From NCBI GenBank assembly GCA_964648335.1, contig CAZYLZ010000002.1:13637-77636 (forward strand): DNA of 64,000 bases, given 5' to 3'. The translations under genes were made by a program, and so were the position numbers. Source of the DNA: an uncultured Candidatus Saccharibacteria bacterium. GTDB taxonomy: Bacteria; Patescibacteriota; Minisyncoccia; Phycocordibacterales; UBA2100. Under the pieces are notes generated by a model. The model worked only from the letters and a program-made list of their open reading frames with translations, ran no database searches and was not told the origin of the DNA. Each line of letters starts with the position of its first letter. The stretch's first letter is position 1. Below, in pieces: positions 1 to 9,679 of the stretch.

Positions 1-76
1 TCACCGCGAACGTCATAGTCGGGCTCGATAGGTACACGATGAGAGAGACGGCGGCGAACAATGCGTATCGTTTCAT
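1..76 (-). CDS. Partial CDS: N-terminus of a secreted/membrane protein (MKRYALFAAVSLIVYLSSP...) that continues beyond the left edge
   Basis: Reverse-strand ATG at 76, 1 nt after the stop of the downstream pilin-like gene; hydrophobic N-terminus. Only 25 codons are visible. Confidence 0.3.
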   Translation of the reverse strand, partial: MKRYALFAAVSLIVYLSSPTMTFAV

Positions 77-77
77 A

Positions 78-1460
78 TTAGTTGCTGATCCAGCTGAGCT
101 GCTGATAACCCGATGCGGAGAGAGGAAAAGATGGCGGGGGTCCGTACAAAAGATTACTGTCGTACGTTCCATTGGTACTCGTGTATCCTGAAACAACCTG
201 ATTTGATCCGTTTACCCATGTCCACGTCCATTGTCCGTAGGTCATGATAGATCCGTAGACGGTGATCGATGATTTAACGGTGTTCGGGTAATAAAAGAAC
301 TGCGCACTTCCATTTTGTGAGACGATAGCTGCATCGATTTCCAGTGTCGACGGCGCTCCGTACGAAACAACGAAATCATCCTGCGCGATGAGTCCAAGGA
401 CGTTTGTACCGTCTTTGGCTGCATAAACTATGTTGTTGGGCACATAGATAGTTGGCGCAGTAGCGGCGTTATAGGGGAGCTTTGCGGCTGCAACCATCGC
501 GCGGCCTTTGACGGTGCCTTCGACCCACACCTTATCCTCGACATAGATGATCCCATTTGCTGGTATTGCCTGCGTAAACTGAAGCGAGCGATTCCGGTAA
601 TCAGTACTCTCGTTATGTGCGGTGCCGTTTACATCCCAACCTGTCGGGTCGTTCTGCAGGCTCGTTACTTTGTATACACTCACGGTACCTGCAGCATTGA
701 AGACGAGCGAATACCCCTGAGCATTCGAGGGCGACAGATAGATGCCACCTGCCTGTGCGCTCGCTTTCATGGTTGCGAGGTTTGATGTAAGGGCCGAAAA
801 ATCCACCGCGGGCACAGGGAACTGCCAGAAGTTCTTTACTGCTTGCGATGCGTTTCCCCATACACCGTTTTTGGTAGTGGGGCACGGACTGCCTTGCGAC
901 GATGGACAGGTGTATGTCGACTTCGCCGATTGTATCGGAGCGTTGCCTGAACCATCGAAACGAATTCCGTTGTTGGACTGCATCTGACCATTGACGGTTT
1001 CGCCAGTACCGATCCAGATGATGTCATTGCTCAAGAACGAATATTGTGCCAAGGACGGGATCCCATACTTTGCTGTTACCGTGCGTTTGGCGTTCGGGCT
1101 GTTCGTCGTCCATCCGGTCGATTTGATCGTGACGATGGTCGAACCAGTTTTGGGTGGCGTTATCTCAAGACTGTAGTACCCAATGACGTTTTGCGTATCG
1201 AGATCGATGTAGGTGTGGACGTACGGGCCGGGCGTCGTAGTGCCGTCTTTGTAGTCATCTGCGAAATGTGCGAGATGCCACTGGTAGTAGTTTACGCCCG
1301 CTTCCGCTATCTGGAGGGCTTGCTCGCGGTCGCTACGCGTCCGCGCCACGCGGTTCTGCTTTGCAAGCAGATCGAAGTAGGGGACAACGATCAGGACGAA
1401 CAACGCCGATACAAGCAGCAGCATCACGATAGTGTCTCCTCGTTGGTGCGTTCGTTTCAT
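78..1460 (-). CDS. Type IV pilus minor pilin/pseudopilin, PilX/GspK-like (460 aa)
   Basis: N-terminus MKRTHQRGDTIVMLLLVSALFVLIVV resembles the QRGxAL... start of GspK/PilX-class minor pseudopilins; large Ser/Thr/Gly-rich extracellular part; last gene of a three-gene pilin-like operon. Confidence 0.5.
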   Translation of the reverse strand: MKRTHQRGDTIVMLLLVSALFVLIVVPYFDLLAKQNRVARTRSDREQALQIAEAGVNYYQWHLAHFADDYKDGTTTPGPYVHTYIDLDTQNVIGYYSLEITPPKTGSTIVTIKSTGWTTNSPNAKRTVTAKYGIPSLAQYSFLSNDIIWIGTGETVNGQMQSNNGIRFDGSGNAPIQSAKSTYTCPSSQGSPCPTTKNGVWGNASQAVKNFWQFPVPAVDFSALTSNLATMKASAQAGGIYLSPSNAQGYSLVFNAAGTVSVYKVTSLQNDPTGWDVNGTAHNESTDYRNRSLQFTQAIPANGIIYVEDKVWVEGTVKGRAMVAAAKLPYNAATAPTIYVPNNIVYAAKDGTNVLGLIAQDDFVVSYGAPSTLEIDAAIVSQNGSAQFFYYPNTVKSSITVYGSIMTYGQWTWTWVNGSNQVVSGYTSTNGTYDSNLLYGPPPSFPLSASGYQQLSWISN

Positions 1461-1462
1461 GA

Positions 1463-2089
1463 TCAGTTGCCCAGGTTTGTTTTAAGGTTCCTCACTGCCG
1501 CCCCGGTTACGGCAGAATAGGTAGTAGTCGCTCCACGCAGGTCCTGTATCTGAGGCGTCAGGCTGATTTGCACGTACCGTATTTGATTAATATTAACAGG
1601 CTGCGTCAAAGGTGTGGTGCTTCCATTGAAGTTACCGTCGTAATAGAAGAAAACGGACGATGTCCCATTCATAATCTTAGTCGCGACTGTCGTCGTCGAT
1701 TCGTTCGCCGAGAGGTATTTTGGCGGATTACCAGAAGGCGCGGTCCGTCCTTTTATGAGCGAGGTTCCCGAAAGGTAATAGCGGATGCGGTCGGCGGTCG
1801 TGCTACCGGCCGACTCGAAGTTCGTGAAGAAGATTATTTCAGTCGTGCTCGCCTCGTAGATGGGGTACGAACCATCGTTGCCGGTAGCGGCGTTGCGCAA
1901 CTCGTTCGTGAAATCTGATGTAATGCTCTGGATCTGATCGACGGAATTCCCGCCGAGCGTCTGCTGCGAGGACGTGGCGAGCATGGTGCGCAAGAGCGTC
2001 ACGACACCCATGATGAGGAGTGTATAGACAAAAATGGTAACGACCATTTCGACGAGAGTGAATCCGCGGTTTGATGTTCGCATGCGCAT
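1463..2089 (-). CDS. Type IV pilin/pseudopilin with class III signal sequence (208 aa)
   Basis: Canonical prepilin motif NRGFTLVEMVV followed by a hydrophobic helix (G-1, F+1, E+5); 2-nt gaps to both flanking pilin-like genes. Confidence 0.75.
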   Translation of the reverse strand: MRMRTSNRGFTLVEMVVTIFVYTLLIMGVVTLLRTMLATSSQQTLGGNSVDQIQSITSDFTNELRNAATGNDGSYPIYEASTTEIIFFTNFESAGSTTADRIRYYLSGTSLIKGRTAPSGNPPKYLSANESTTTVATKIMNGTSSVFFYYDGNFNGSTTPLTQPVNINQIRYVQISLTPQIQDLRGATTTYSAVTGAAVRNLKTNLGN

Positions 2090-3898
2090 TTAATGACTAA
2101 GAAGCACCTGGAGCGTATTGTACCCTCCGATGGTGGCGTTCGAGATGGTCTGAGTCTGGTAGCCGGCCATACTCACCGTGAGCGTGTAGTCCGAAGCTGC
2201 GGTCACTCCAGCGAACATGGCTTGTCCTGGAGCTGCGCAGCCCGAGACATAGTTGAGACTCATACTGCTCAATACCGGAGAAACCGTAGTGTCTATCGTT
2301 GAGAGATACGCCTTGTACCGGACATACCGGTTTCCGGTCGAGGTCGCATGTATTGTGGATCCAGGAGTGGTGAAGTATGTCGCGCTCGTTCCATCAGGGC
2401 CCAGGTAATTCCATGTGGCGTCGTCGTTGTTCGTGGCTATCTGGAATCTAAGAGTCGTCGAGGCGCTCTGCGATGCTGGCGACCACGAAAGCGTTGTGTA
2501 TGACGTGGATGCCGTCCCTGTATCGAACGTGGATGAGACGAGAGATCCGCTCGCAGCATACGTACCCGCGAACTGCAAAAGACGGACGCCGGTCGGGACG
2601 CCTGTCACACTAAGATTGCCATCATCAGAAAAATACTCGGTGGCGTCCGAAAAGTTTCCTTGCCCTGCTCCCCCGCTCCAATCCTGCTGATTCCAGATAC
2701 TGCCCTGCGTATACTTGATCGAATCAAATCCTGTGCTCGGTCGCTCGAGTTCCACCGTCGCGTTCTCGATAGGATTGCCAGTCGCGGCGTCCTTAACTAT
2801 GACAAGGAGGCTGTTGGCCGTCGTCGGGCCAAGTATCAGCGTCGATTGCTGGCTGGTGTTGGGAAGTATACTTATCTGCTGTATAGGGGATGATCCGTAG
2901 ATCATGCTGCCGGCGCTGGTGATGATCGGCGTGTAGTTGTCCCATTCTATAGAAGAGGACGATACGCGGCCGTTCACATCGCTCGTATAGGTGTAGTCAG
3001 ACTTATAGACCGCCGGGGTTCCGACAAGCTTCGCTCCCCGAAGCTCTACGCCAATCCCGCTCAGAGGAGCGCAGATCTCGTTGACCGTGTTGACTATCAA
3101 GGAGCTGAGGGCGTCTATCGAAAAGCTGATCTGCGTAATCTGTCCGTTTGCAATCGTGGCGTTCGGCTTGGTGGGGTTTGGATTTCCAACAGTGACGGGG
3201 AGCGTCTGGTCTGACGAGTACCCGTTCTTTTTTACGGTGACATGGTAGCTGTTGTTGCTGTCGGGAAGTCCGACCTCGATCCAGTTTCCGTTGGCGTCAC
3301 TCGTTCGTGTGAGGTTGATCGACGGCACCAGGAGCGTGTTGGTTATCTGGATGGTTGCGTTCGGTACCGGCTGGCCCACCGCGTCGAACACCTTGATCGA
3401 AAGCGCGCCGCCGTTGGCGAGGCTCTCGAGCCCTTTGGGTACAGCATTGGTGATGAACGGGGTCACGACTCCGGTGCGAACATTCCGGATATCGAGTTTG
3501 ATCTGTTTGTAGTCGTTAGCTGCGTAATCAGTCGAACTTGCTATCGTGCCGTCGGCTGGATCGTCCACGTAGGTCACCTCGTAGTAAATCTGATATTGCG
3601 CATTGTTATACGTTATGGAAAGCGCGTTTGGTTCGTCCGGCAGGCCACCGGAGGGATTTCCATTTGTGGTCCCTATTTGTCCATAGGGAAGATTCCGCGC
3701 TATTTCGATATATTTGTCAGCAAGGGCCGCAAGAGTCGTCTTTTCGCGATACATGCGCGCACTTTTAGTTATCGCTGCAGATGCTGAAAACACTGCCATT
3801 GAAAGCATGGCAAAAATGCCAATAGCAATCACGGAAGAAAGTAGAGTGAATCCTCTTTTCGCGGAGCGCGCTCCCTGATAAGCAGATGTCTCTTTCAC
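2090..3898 (-). CDS. Large pilin-like protein with prepilin-type N-terminus (602 aa), PilW/PilY-like minor pilin candidate
   Basis: N-terminus KRGFTLLSSVIAIGIFAMLSMAV (prepilin-like but S rather than E at +5); long beta-rich Thr/Ser/Asn-rich body; first gene of the pilin operon. Confidence 0.5.
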   Translation of the reverse strand: MKETSAYQGARSAKRGFTLLSSVIAIGIFAMLSMAVFSASAAITKSARMYREKTTLAALADKYIEIARNLPYGQIGTTNGNPSGGLPDEPNALSITYNNAQYQIYYEVTYVDDPADGTIASSTDYAANDYKQIKLDIRNVRTGVVTPFITNAVPKGLESLANGGALSIKVFDAVGQPVPNATIQITNTLLVPSINLTRTSDANGNWIEVGLPDSNNSYHVTVKKNGYSSDQTLPVTVGNPNPTKPNATIANGQITQISFSIDALSSLIVNTVNEICAPLSGIGVELRGAKLVGTPAVYKSDYTYTSDVNGRVSSSSIEWDNYTPIITSAGSMIYGSSPIQQISILPNTSQQSTLILGPTTANSLLVIVKDAATGNPIENATVELERPSTGFDSIKYTQGSIWNQQDWSGGAGQGNFSDATEYFSDDGNLSVTGVPTGVRLLQFAGTYAASGSLVSSTFDTGTASTSYTTLSWSPASQSASTTLRFQIATNNDDATWNYLGPDGTSATYFTTPGSTIHATSTGNRYVRYKAYLSTIDTTVSPVLSSMSLNYVSGCAAPGQAMFAGVTAASDYTLTVSMAGYQTQTISNATIGGYNTLQVLLSH

Positions 3899-3981
3899 AT
3901 CAGTAGTGTAACAAGATGCGACAGAATGCCGGCTTTGCCATGTGCATGTCTCGGATACTCGACGTGATACAATCAGCGTTC

Positions 3982-4731
3982 ATGAACCCTCTTGTCGTGG
4001 CAAACTGGAAGATGAACCCGGAAACCTTGTCTGAAGCGAAGCGGCTCTTCGATGCGACCAAGAAGGTTGTCGCAAGCATTCGCGGATCGACGGTGATCGT
4101 CGCACCTCCTGCTATCTTTTTGCCGACCTTGGCCTCAGGATATCGCGGCGCAAGCATCAAATTCGCTGTCCAGCACGCGCGCGGAGAATTGCATGGGTCA
4201 TACACCGGGGAAGTATCGATGATCCAGGCTAAAAACGCGGGTGCAACCTATGCCATCATCGGACATGCCGAATGTCGCTCCAGAGGAGAGACCAATGACG
4301 ACGTGCGTACGCAGGTAGCAGGAGCACTTTCTTTGGGAGTGAAGGCAATTGTCTGCGTCGGAGAGAAGTCGCGCGACAAGATTGGGACCCATTTCGCTGC
4401 TATAGAAGAGCAGGTACGTGTCGCCCTAAAGGATGTTTCGAAAAACCAGTTCAAAGATGTGATAATCGCGTACGAGCCCGTGTGGGCCATAGGGGCACCA
4501 CAGCCGATGCATCCGCACGATATTCATGAGACGACTTTGTATATCCGAAAGGTCGTTGCTGAGCAATTCGATACCAAGCCAGCGCTCGCGATGCCGATAC
4601 TCTATGGCGGATCGGTAGATGACACCAATGCGCTCTCTGTTTTGCGCGAGGGCACCACCCAGGGACTTTTGGTTGGCCGAGCCAGCACCGACGCGACCAC
4701 CTTCACAAAGCTCTTACTTTCGATACGGTAG
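3982..4731 (+). CDS. tpiA: Triosephosphate isomerase
   Basis: VANWKMN, IGHAECR and YEPVWAIG motifs. An ATG at 3982 gives a typical 249-aa TIM; the upstream ATG at 3916 is an alternative start. Confidence 0.85.
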   Translation: MNPLVVANWKMNPETLSEAKRLFDATKKVVASIRGSTVIVAPPAIFLPTLASGYRGASIKFAVQHARGELHGSYTGEVSMIQAKNAGATYAIIGHAECRSRGETNDDVRTQVAGALSLGVKAIVCVGEKSRDKIGTHFAAIEEQVRVALKDVSKNQFKDVIIAYEPVWAIGAPQPMHPHDIHETTLYIRKVVAEQFDTKPALAMPILYGGSVDDTNALSVLREGTTQGLLVGRASTDATTFTKLLLSIR

Positions 4732-4742
4732 CTCCTTCATCG

Positions 4743-5954
4743 TTGCTTGCCCAGGTCGTTCGCTATTCAGATGTTTCATATTACAATCCATACGTGCATA
4801 CAGGATCGACCCATACGTTCAGGAGCATCAGGCATCTCCCGGTATCCAAGCTCGATGGCACGCGTGTCATATTGCGTGCCGATCTAAACGTTCCGCTCGA
4901 GAACGGCGTGGTGACGGACGACTTTCGGATAAAGCGAGTAACGCAGACCATCGAGTACCTCAGGCTCCATAAGGCGAAAGTCATTATCATCTCGCATATC
5001 GGGCGCGACCCCAAAGAATCGCTGCGCCCCGTATACGAATACATGAAGGCGCACTCGAGCGGACTCGTGTTCGTGCCCGATATGCTCGGTGCTGCAGTGA
5101 CTTCAGTCGTCGACTCGATGGAAGAGGGTGACGCCATATTGCTCGAGAACCTGCGGCGCTATCCCGGGGAAGAGGCCAATGACATGTCATTTGCGAAGTC
5201 TCTTGCATCGCTTGCAGACATTTATATCAACGATGCGTTCTCTGCTGCACATCGTGAGCATGCTTCTATAGTTACACTACCGAAGCTCTTGCCGTGTTAT
5301 GCCGGTCTCTTGCTCGAAGACGAGGTGACGCACCTCTCCGTTGCTCTTAATCCTCCGAAGCCTGCGCTCTGCATCATAGGTGGAGCGAAGTTCGATACCA
5401 AAGAACCGCTCATCCGCAGGCTTCTCGAGGCATACGGGTTCGTCTTTATTGGCGGAGCATTGGCCAACGATGTCTTCAAAGCACGCGGTTTCCCGGTAGG
5501 GATCTCAAAGGTTGGGGACCGACCACCAGCGGACGATGTGCTTGCACATCCAGGTCTCATCGTTCCGACCGATGTGATAGCAGCAAAACCCGACAAGCAG
5601 TCGAAGCGCAAGCTTCCGCGAGATGTCGAGGATGACGAGACCATCGCAGACATAGGACCCGATTCGATAGCAAACCTGGTGCCGCGTATCATGGAAGCAA
5701 AATTCATATTATGGAACGGACCGATGGGTCGCTACGAAGACGGTTTCGACGTGGCGACCGAGATGCTCGCCGAAGCAGTGTCGCAAAGCTCTGCACGAAC
5801 GGTAGTCGGCGGTGGCGACACTATCGCAGCGATAAAGAACAAAGGCCTCGATAAGAAGTTCTGGTTCTTGTCGACGGGTGGAGGAGCAATGCTCGAGTAC
5901 CTCTTGCAAGGCACGCTCCCTGGAATCGAAGCGCTCAAGCAGCCACACCACTAA
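4743..5954 (+). CDS. pgk: Phosphoglycerate kinase
   Basis: RADLNVPL, hinge and C-terminal GGGDT-type motifs. The ORF starts on TTG; the true start may be slightly downstream. Confidence 0.85.
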   Translation: MLAQVVRYSDVSYYNPYVHTGSTHTFRSIRHLPVSKLDGTRVILRADLNVPLENGVVTDDFRIKRVTQTIEYLRLHKAKVIIISHIGRDPKESLRPVYEYMKAHSSGLVFVPDMLGAAVTSVVDSMEEGDAILLENLRRYPGEEANDMSFAKSLASLADIYINDAFSAAHREHASIVTLPKLLPCYAGLLLEDEVTHLSVALNPPKPALCIIGGAKFDTKEPLIRRLLEAYGFVFIGGALANDVFKARGFPVGISKVGDRPPADDVLAHPGLIVPTDVIAAKPDKQSKRKLPRDVEDDETIADIGPDSIANLVPRIMEAKFILWNGPMGRYEDGFDVATEMLAEAVSQSSARTVVGGGDTIAAIKNKGLDKKFWFLSTGGGAMLEYLLQGTLPGIEALKQPHH

Positions 5955-6007
5955 CGGTGCTCCTTCGAACACGTGCCGCATGTCACCGTGCGGTAGTATG
6001 TTTATAT

Positions 6008-7564
6008 ATGAAACGAACCATAGTGGGCGTGCTTATGTTGATGAGTCTTGGTTTGCCAGCGATTTCCGTTGCTGCGACGCTCGATGAGCTCAAGAGTACC
6101 CTCGAGGCGCTCACGCGGCAGATGCGCGCTATACAAGGAGCGGCGACAAGGATGTCGGCCGCCGATTCGTCAAGCGCAGCATCGGTCTGCACGATCGCAC
6201 GTGCCGGGTTTGGTCGCGGGCGCTCAGGAAGCGATATCACAAAACTCCAGTCGTTCTTGGTCAGCACAGGATACCTCTCGGCGGCTCCGACGGGGTACTT
6301 CGGTTTGCAGACTCAATCGGCGCTCGCTCGGTATCAACTGAACCAAAAACTGATTGCATCGCTCGAAGGGGGTGGGTACTTCGGGAACCTCACCTGGAGA
6401 CATATCTATGAACATACGTGTACTACGACCGCTTCTGTTTCATGCAAACCTCTTACATACATGGCGATGGCTTGCAAAGATGGAACCGCGTCAGTGGCGG
6501 AGCGTGATGCGGCAGGGTGCATCACCGGATACCGTTGCCCGAATGATCCGTACATGCCGCCTTCAGGGTGCATCGAGTGGAGCGATGGGTGCAACATCTG
6601 TCATCGCGATAACGATGCTTCGAGTGCAGTTTGTTCGGCAAACACATGCGCAACGAGGACTGCCGGTATATGCAAGTACTACCTTGTGACGAACAGCGGA
6701 AACATACCGCCGATCATCCAGAGTGTCGCGGGCCCGCTTTCGATCGCAAACGGACAAAGCGGAACGTGGTCTTTTGTTGCCAAGGATAGTGATAACGCAA
6801 ATCTCACGTATTCGGTCGACTGGGGCGACCGCGCTATCCAGGGGGCTGCGGTAAGCGCCGATCAGACGGTAGCGGCTGGTCAGGTGGCAGAATTTACCCA
6901 CACATATTCGGTTTCAGGCGCGTATGCGATCACATTCATTGCACAAGACCCATCGGGGGGCATCTCACGCAGTACGGCTTTGGTTAAGGTAGGTGCAGTC
7001 GATGCGCTCTGTGCGCTCGATTACACTCCGGTATGCGGACAGCCGAGCGAGCCCGCGTGCCGTAAATCCATCCCTGCATGCATGATTGCCACGCCCGGCC
7101 CGACGACCTATACCAACCGTTGCTTCATGGATACTGCGGGAGCCTCGCTGTTGTACACGGGCGTGTGTGCTAGTTCGGCCACGGCCTGCACTGCCGAAGT
7201 CCGTCAGTGTCCCGACGGGACGTATGTCGGGCGCAGCGGTCCCTTGTGCGCGTTTGCGAGTTGTCCGACAGCGGTCACCTCGTGTACGACTGCAAGCGGT
7301 TCGACGGTAGCCAATGGTCAGACCGCTACTGGTTTTTGTGCCGACGGAACCATGAGCAGCCTCTGTACCGGCATAAAAGTATGTCAGAGCGGACAGTGGA
7401 CCTACCAATCGGGCGATCCTGCGGGAATAGCACGCTGCCGCGTATGGACCGGGAATTGCTCGACGTGTACGCGCTCGTCATACGGTGGACCCTATTCCTG
7501 TGCGGCGAGCCAATGCGATAGCTACAATGGCGCCTCGGGCATGTTCTGTTCGACCTATTTCTAG
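6008..7564 (+). CDS. Secreted multidomain protein: signal peptide, coiled coil, PG-binding-like module, PKD-like module, Cys-rich Kazal-like modules
   Basis: Signal peptide MKRTIVGVLMLMSLGLPAISVAA; GSDITKLQSFLVSTGYLSAAPTGYFGLQTQSALARYQ resembles the PG_binding_1 fold; YSVDWGD resembles the PKD signature; CALDYTPVCGQ...TTYTNRCFMDTAGASLLYTGVC resembles a Kazal core (PVCG...TY.N.C...C). Confidence 0.6.
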   Translation: MKRTIVGVLMLMSLGLPAISVAATLDELKSTLEALTRQMRAIQGAATRMSAADSSSAASVCTIARAGFGRGRSGSDITKLQSFLVSTGYLSAAPTGYFGLQTQSALARYQLNQKLIASLEGGGYFGNLTWRHIYEHTCTTTASVSCKPLTYMAMACKDGTASVAERDAAGCITGYRCPNDPYMPPSGCIEWSDGCNICHRDNDASSAVCSANTCATRTAGICKYYLVTNSGNIPPIIQSVAGPLSIANGQSGTWSFVAKDSDNANLTYSVDWGDRAIQGAAVSADQTVAAGQVAEFTHTYSVSGAYAITFIAQDPSGGISRSTALVKVGAVDALCALDYTPVCGQPSEPACRKSIPACMIATPGPTTYTNRCFMDTAGASLLYTGVCASSATACTAEVRQCPDGTYVGRSGPLCAFASCPTAVTSCTTASGSTVANGQTATGFCADGTMSSLCTGIKVCQSGQWTYQSGDPAGIARCRVWTGNCSTCTRSSYGGPYSCAASQCDSYNGASGMFCSTYF

Positions 7565-7617
7565 GAATTCATGAAGAAGAGAAGGGCCGACCTGCCGTAC
7601 TGTTGTGCGGTGGTAGG

Positions 7618-9234
7618 ATGAAATGTATTAGAAGGCAGAACGTCATCATCTTTATGCATACATTTACACGTCGTTTGCGAACGTACGGTGCCGCAATTGC
7701 ACTCACTTCAGCGTTGGTCCTCCCGCTCTCTGCCTCGGCCGTGACGATAGACGAGCTCAAGGCCCAAGTTGCAGCTCTCATGGCTCGCATATCAGAGATG
7801 CAAACACAGACTCGTGTGGCAGATCCTTCCTCGAGCCAATCCTCACGCATGATGCCTGATACTTCGCGGAGCGTGTGCTCGTACCTTAACCGCAACCTTT
7901 CTCTCGGCAGCCGTGGGGATGATGTTCGTAGCCTGCAAGAGTTTTTGCAATCAAATGGCTACCTTTCGGCACAAGCCACTGGCTATTTTGGGTCTCTTAC
8001 CCGGGCGGCACTTAAAACCTGGCAGGGGACGCAGGGACTGAGTGCCATCGGAAGCATGGGACCACTCACTCGTGCCAAGCTTGGCGTATGGTGTAAGAAC
8101 AAGGTCGATCTGGTGGCGACGCCTTCGTCTGGCGCAGCACCGCTTTCGGTCACGTTCTCGACGATGCTGAGCGGATTCAGGATTCCATCGGTGACCTACA
8201 TTCTCGACTACGGAGACGGAGTTCAGGAAAAGCCCGCAGACTGCCTCGCTCCGGCCGACGCATGCATAGAGCCAGGAAAGAATACGCATACCTACTCGGG
8301 CACGGGGGTATATACCGCCACCTTGAGCATGATTACGAACCCATGTGCGGGAATGGAGCTGACCTGCAAGGCCGCTATCCACACCGAGGTCGTGGCGCAG
8401 ACGGTCATCAAAGTCGGAACTGACGGACCGGTCGCATGCACCATGGACTACAATCCGGTGTGCGCAGCTAAGCAGGTGACCTGCATCCGCGCGCCGTGCA
8501 ATCCAATCCCGACCACCTACAGCAACAAATGCGCCATGACGGCAGACAATGCAGCATATCTGTACCAGGGTGCGTGCAAGGATCCGTCGTACGATCCGGC
8601 AAGCGATGCACAGTGCAAATCGTGGTTCGATGGATGCAATACCTGCTCGCGCTCATCTCCGGGTGGCATGGCGGCTTGTACACTCATGTACTGCGAGAAT
8701 CCGCAGACGCGCTATTGCAAAGCGACCTTCACCGATAATCAACCACCGACCGTCTCGTCGTTCTCGGGACCTACCGTTCTTGCTCAAAACCAGAGTGGTA
8801 CGTGGACTATCAGCGCGAGCGACCCCGAGAACGGGCAGCTTACGTATCAGGTGTGGTGGGGTGATGAAAATGTACCTACGCCCGCAAACGCACCTTCTGC
8901 GTTGTCAGCGCGCGAATTTACGCAGACGACCACGTTCTCGCATTCGTACGCAACGCCCGGAACCTACACGGTCTCGATGGTGGTTCGCGACATCGTAGGT
9001 CAAGAAACAAAGACGACCACGACAGTACAGGTGAGTGGTGCTACGGCGTGCGCCACGATTTACCAACCGGTCTGCGCACGTCCTTCGGGCTGCCTCAACA
9101 CCTGCGCTCCCGGTATGTACTGCACCATGCAGTGTATGCTCGCGACCCCGGTTACCTATGGAAACTCATGCGAGATGAATCGCGTCAGTGCCACCTACCT
9201 GCATGACGGCCAGTGCACGTCGGGCGACTACTAG
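7618..9234 (+). CDS. Paralog of the preceding secreted PG-binding/PKD/Kazal-like protein
   Basis: Same architecture: signal peptide; VTIDELKAQVAALMARISEMQ coiled coil; GDDVRSLQEFLQSNGYLSAQATGYFGSLTRAALKTWQ; YILDYGDG (PKD-like); two Kazal-like cores (YNPVCAAK...TTYSNKCAM...LYQGAC and YQPVCARP...VTYGNSCEM...LHDGQC). ATG at 7618 follows a GGTGGTAGG SD-like element; the ORF track's TTG at 7603 is an alternative start. Confidence 0.6.
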   Translation: MKCIRRQNVIIFMHTFTRRLRTYGAAIALTSALVLPLSASAVTIDELKAQVAALMARISEMQTQTRVADPSSSQSSRMMPDTSRSVCSYLNRNLSLGSRGDDVRSLQEFLQSNGYLSAQATGYFGSLTRAALKTWQGTQGLSAIGSMGPLTRAKLGVWCKNKVDLVATPSSGAAPLSVTFSTMLSGFRIPSVTYILDYGDGVQEKPADCLAPADACIEPGKNTHTYSGTGVYTATLSMITNPCAGMELTCKAAIHTEVVAQTVIKVGTDGPVACTMDYNPVCAAKQVTCIRAPCNPIPTTYSNKCAMTADNAAYLYQGACKDPSYDPASDAQCKSWFDGCNTCSRSSPGGMAACTLMYCENPQTRYCKATFTDNQPPTVSSFSGPTVLAQNQSGTWTISASDPENGQLTYQVWWGDENVPTPANAPSALSAREFTQTTTFSHSYATPGTYTVSMVVRDIVGQETKTTTTVQVSGATACATIYQPVCARPSGCLNTCAPGMYCTMQCMLATPVTYGNSCEMNRVSATYLHDGQCTSGDY

Positions 9235-9644
9235 AGCTCGGCCTTTATCTTCTCTACCGCTTCTTCGGTCTGTTCTTTGTTGAATGCTCCGTGCGGCCAA
9301 AGCTTTAAGCCGTCGTTCTTGTAGCGCGGAATAAGGTGAACGTGCGCGTGGTCGACAACCTGGCCCGCATGTTCGCGGTTGTTCATCATGAGGTTGATCC
9401 CGTCACATTCCATCCCTTTTTCCAAGGCACCTGCGACCTTACGCACCGTCTCTTGAACCTGAGACCAGCTTTCTTTCGATATGGAAAAGATATTGGCAGC
9501 GTGCACTTTGGGAATCACTAGCGTGTGTCCGGGCGCGACCGGATGAATATCCGAAAAAGCGATAGTATGCTCGTCTTCGTAAACGATAAATGAAGGAATC
9601 TCGCCTTTAACGAGCTTACAAAAGATACAGTGTGAAGTGTCCAT
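9231..9644 (-). CDS. HIT-family (histidine triad) nucleotide hydrolase
   Basis: HIT motif DHAHVHLIPRY, N-terminal CIFC zinc-binding pair, 137 aa. Confidence 0.85.
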   Translation of the reverse strand: MDTSHCIFCKLVKGEIPSFIVYEDEHTIAFSDIHPVAPGHTLVIPKVHAANIFSISKESWSQVQETVRKVAGALEKGMECDGINLMMNNREHAGQVVDHAHVHLIPRYKNDGLKLWPHGAFNKEQTEEAVEKIKAEL

Positions 9645-9679
9645 AGAAGGGAGTATACCAAAAGTGATACAATCGCTCG

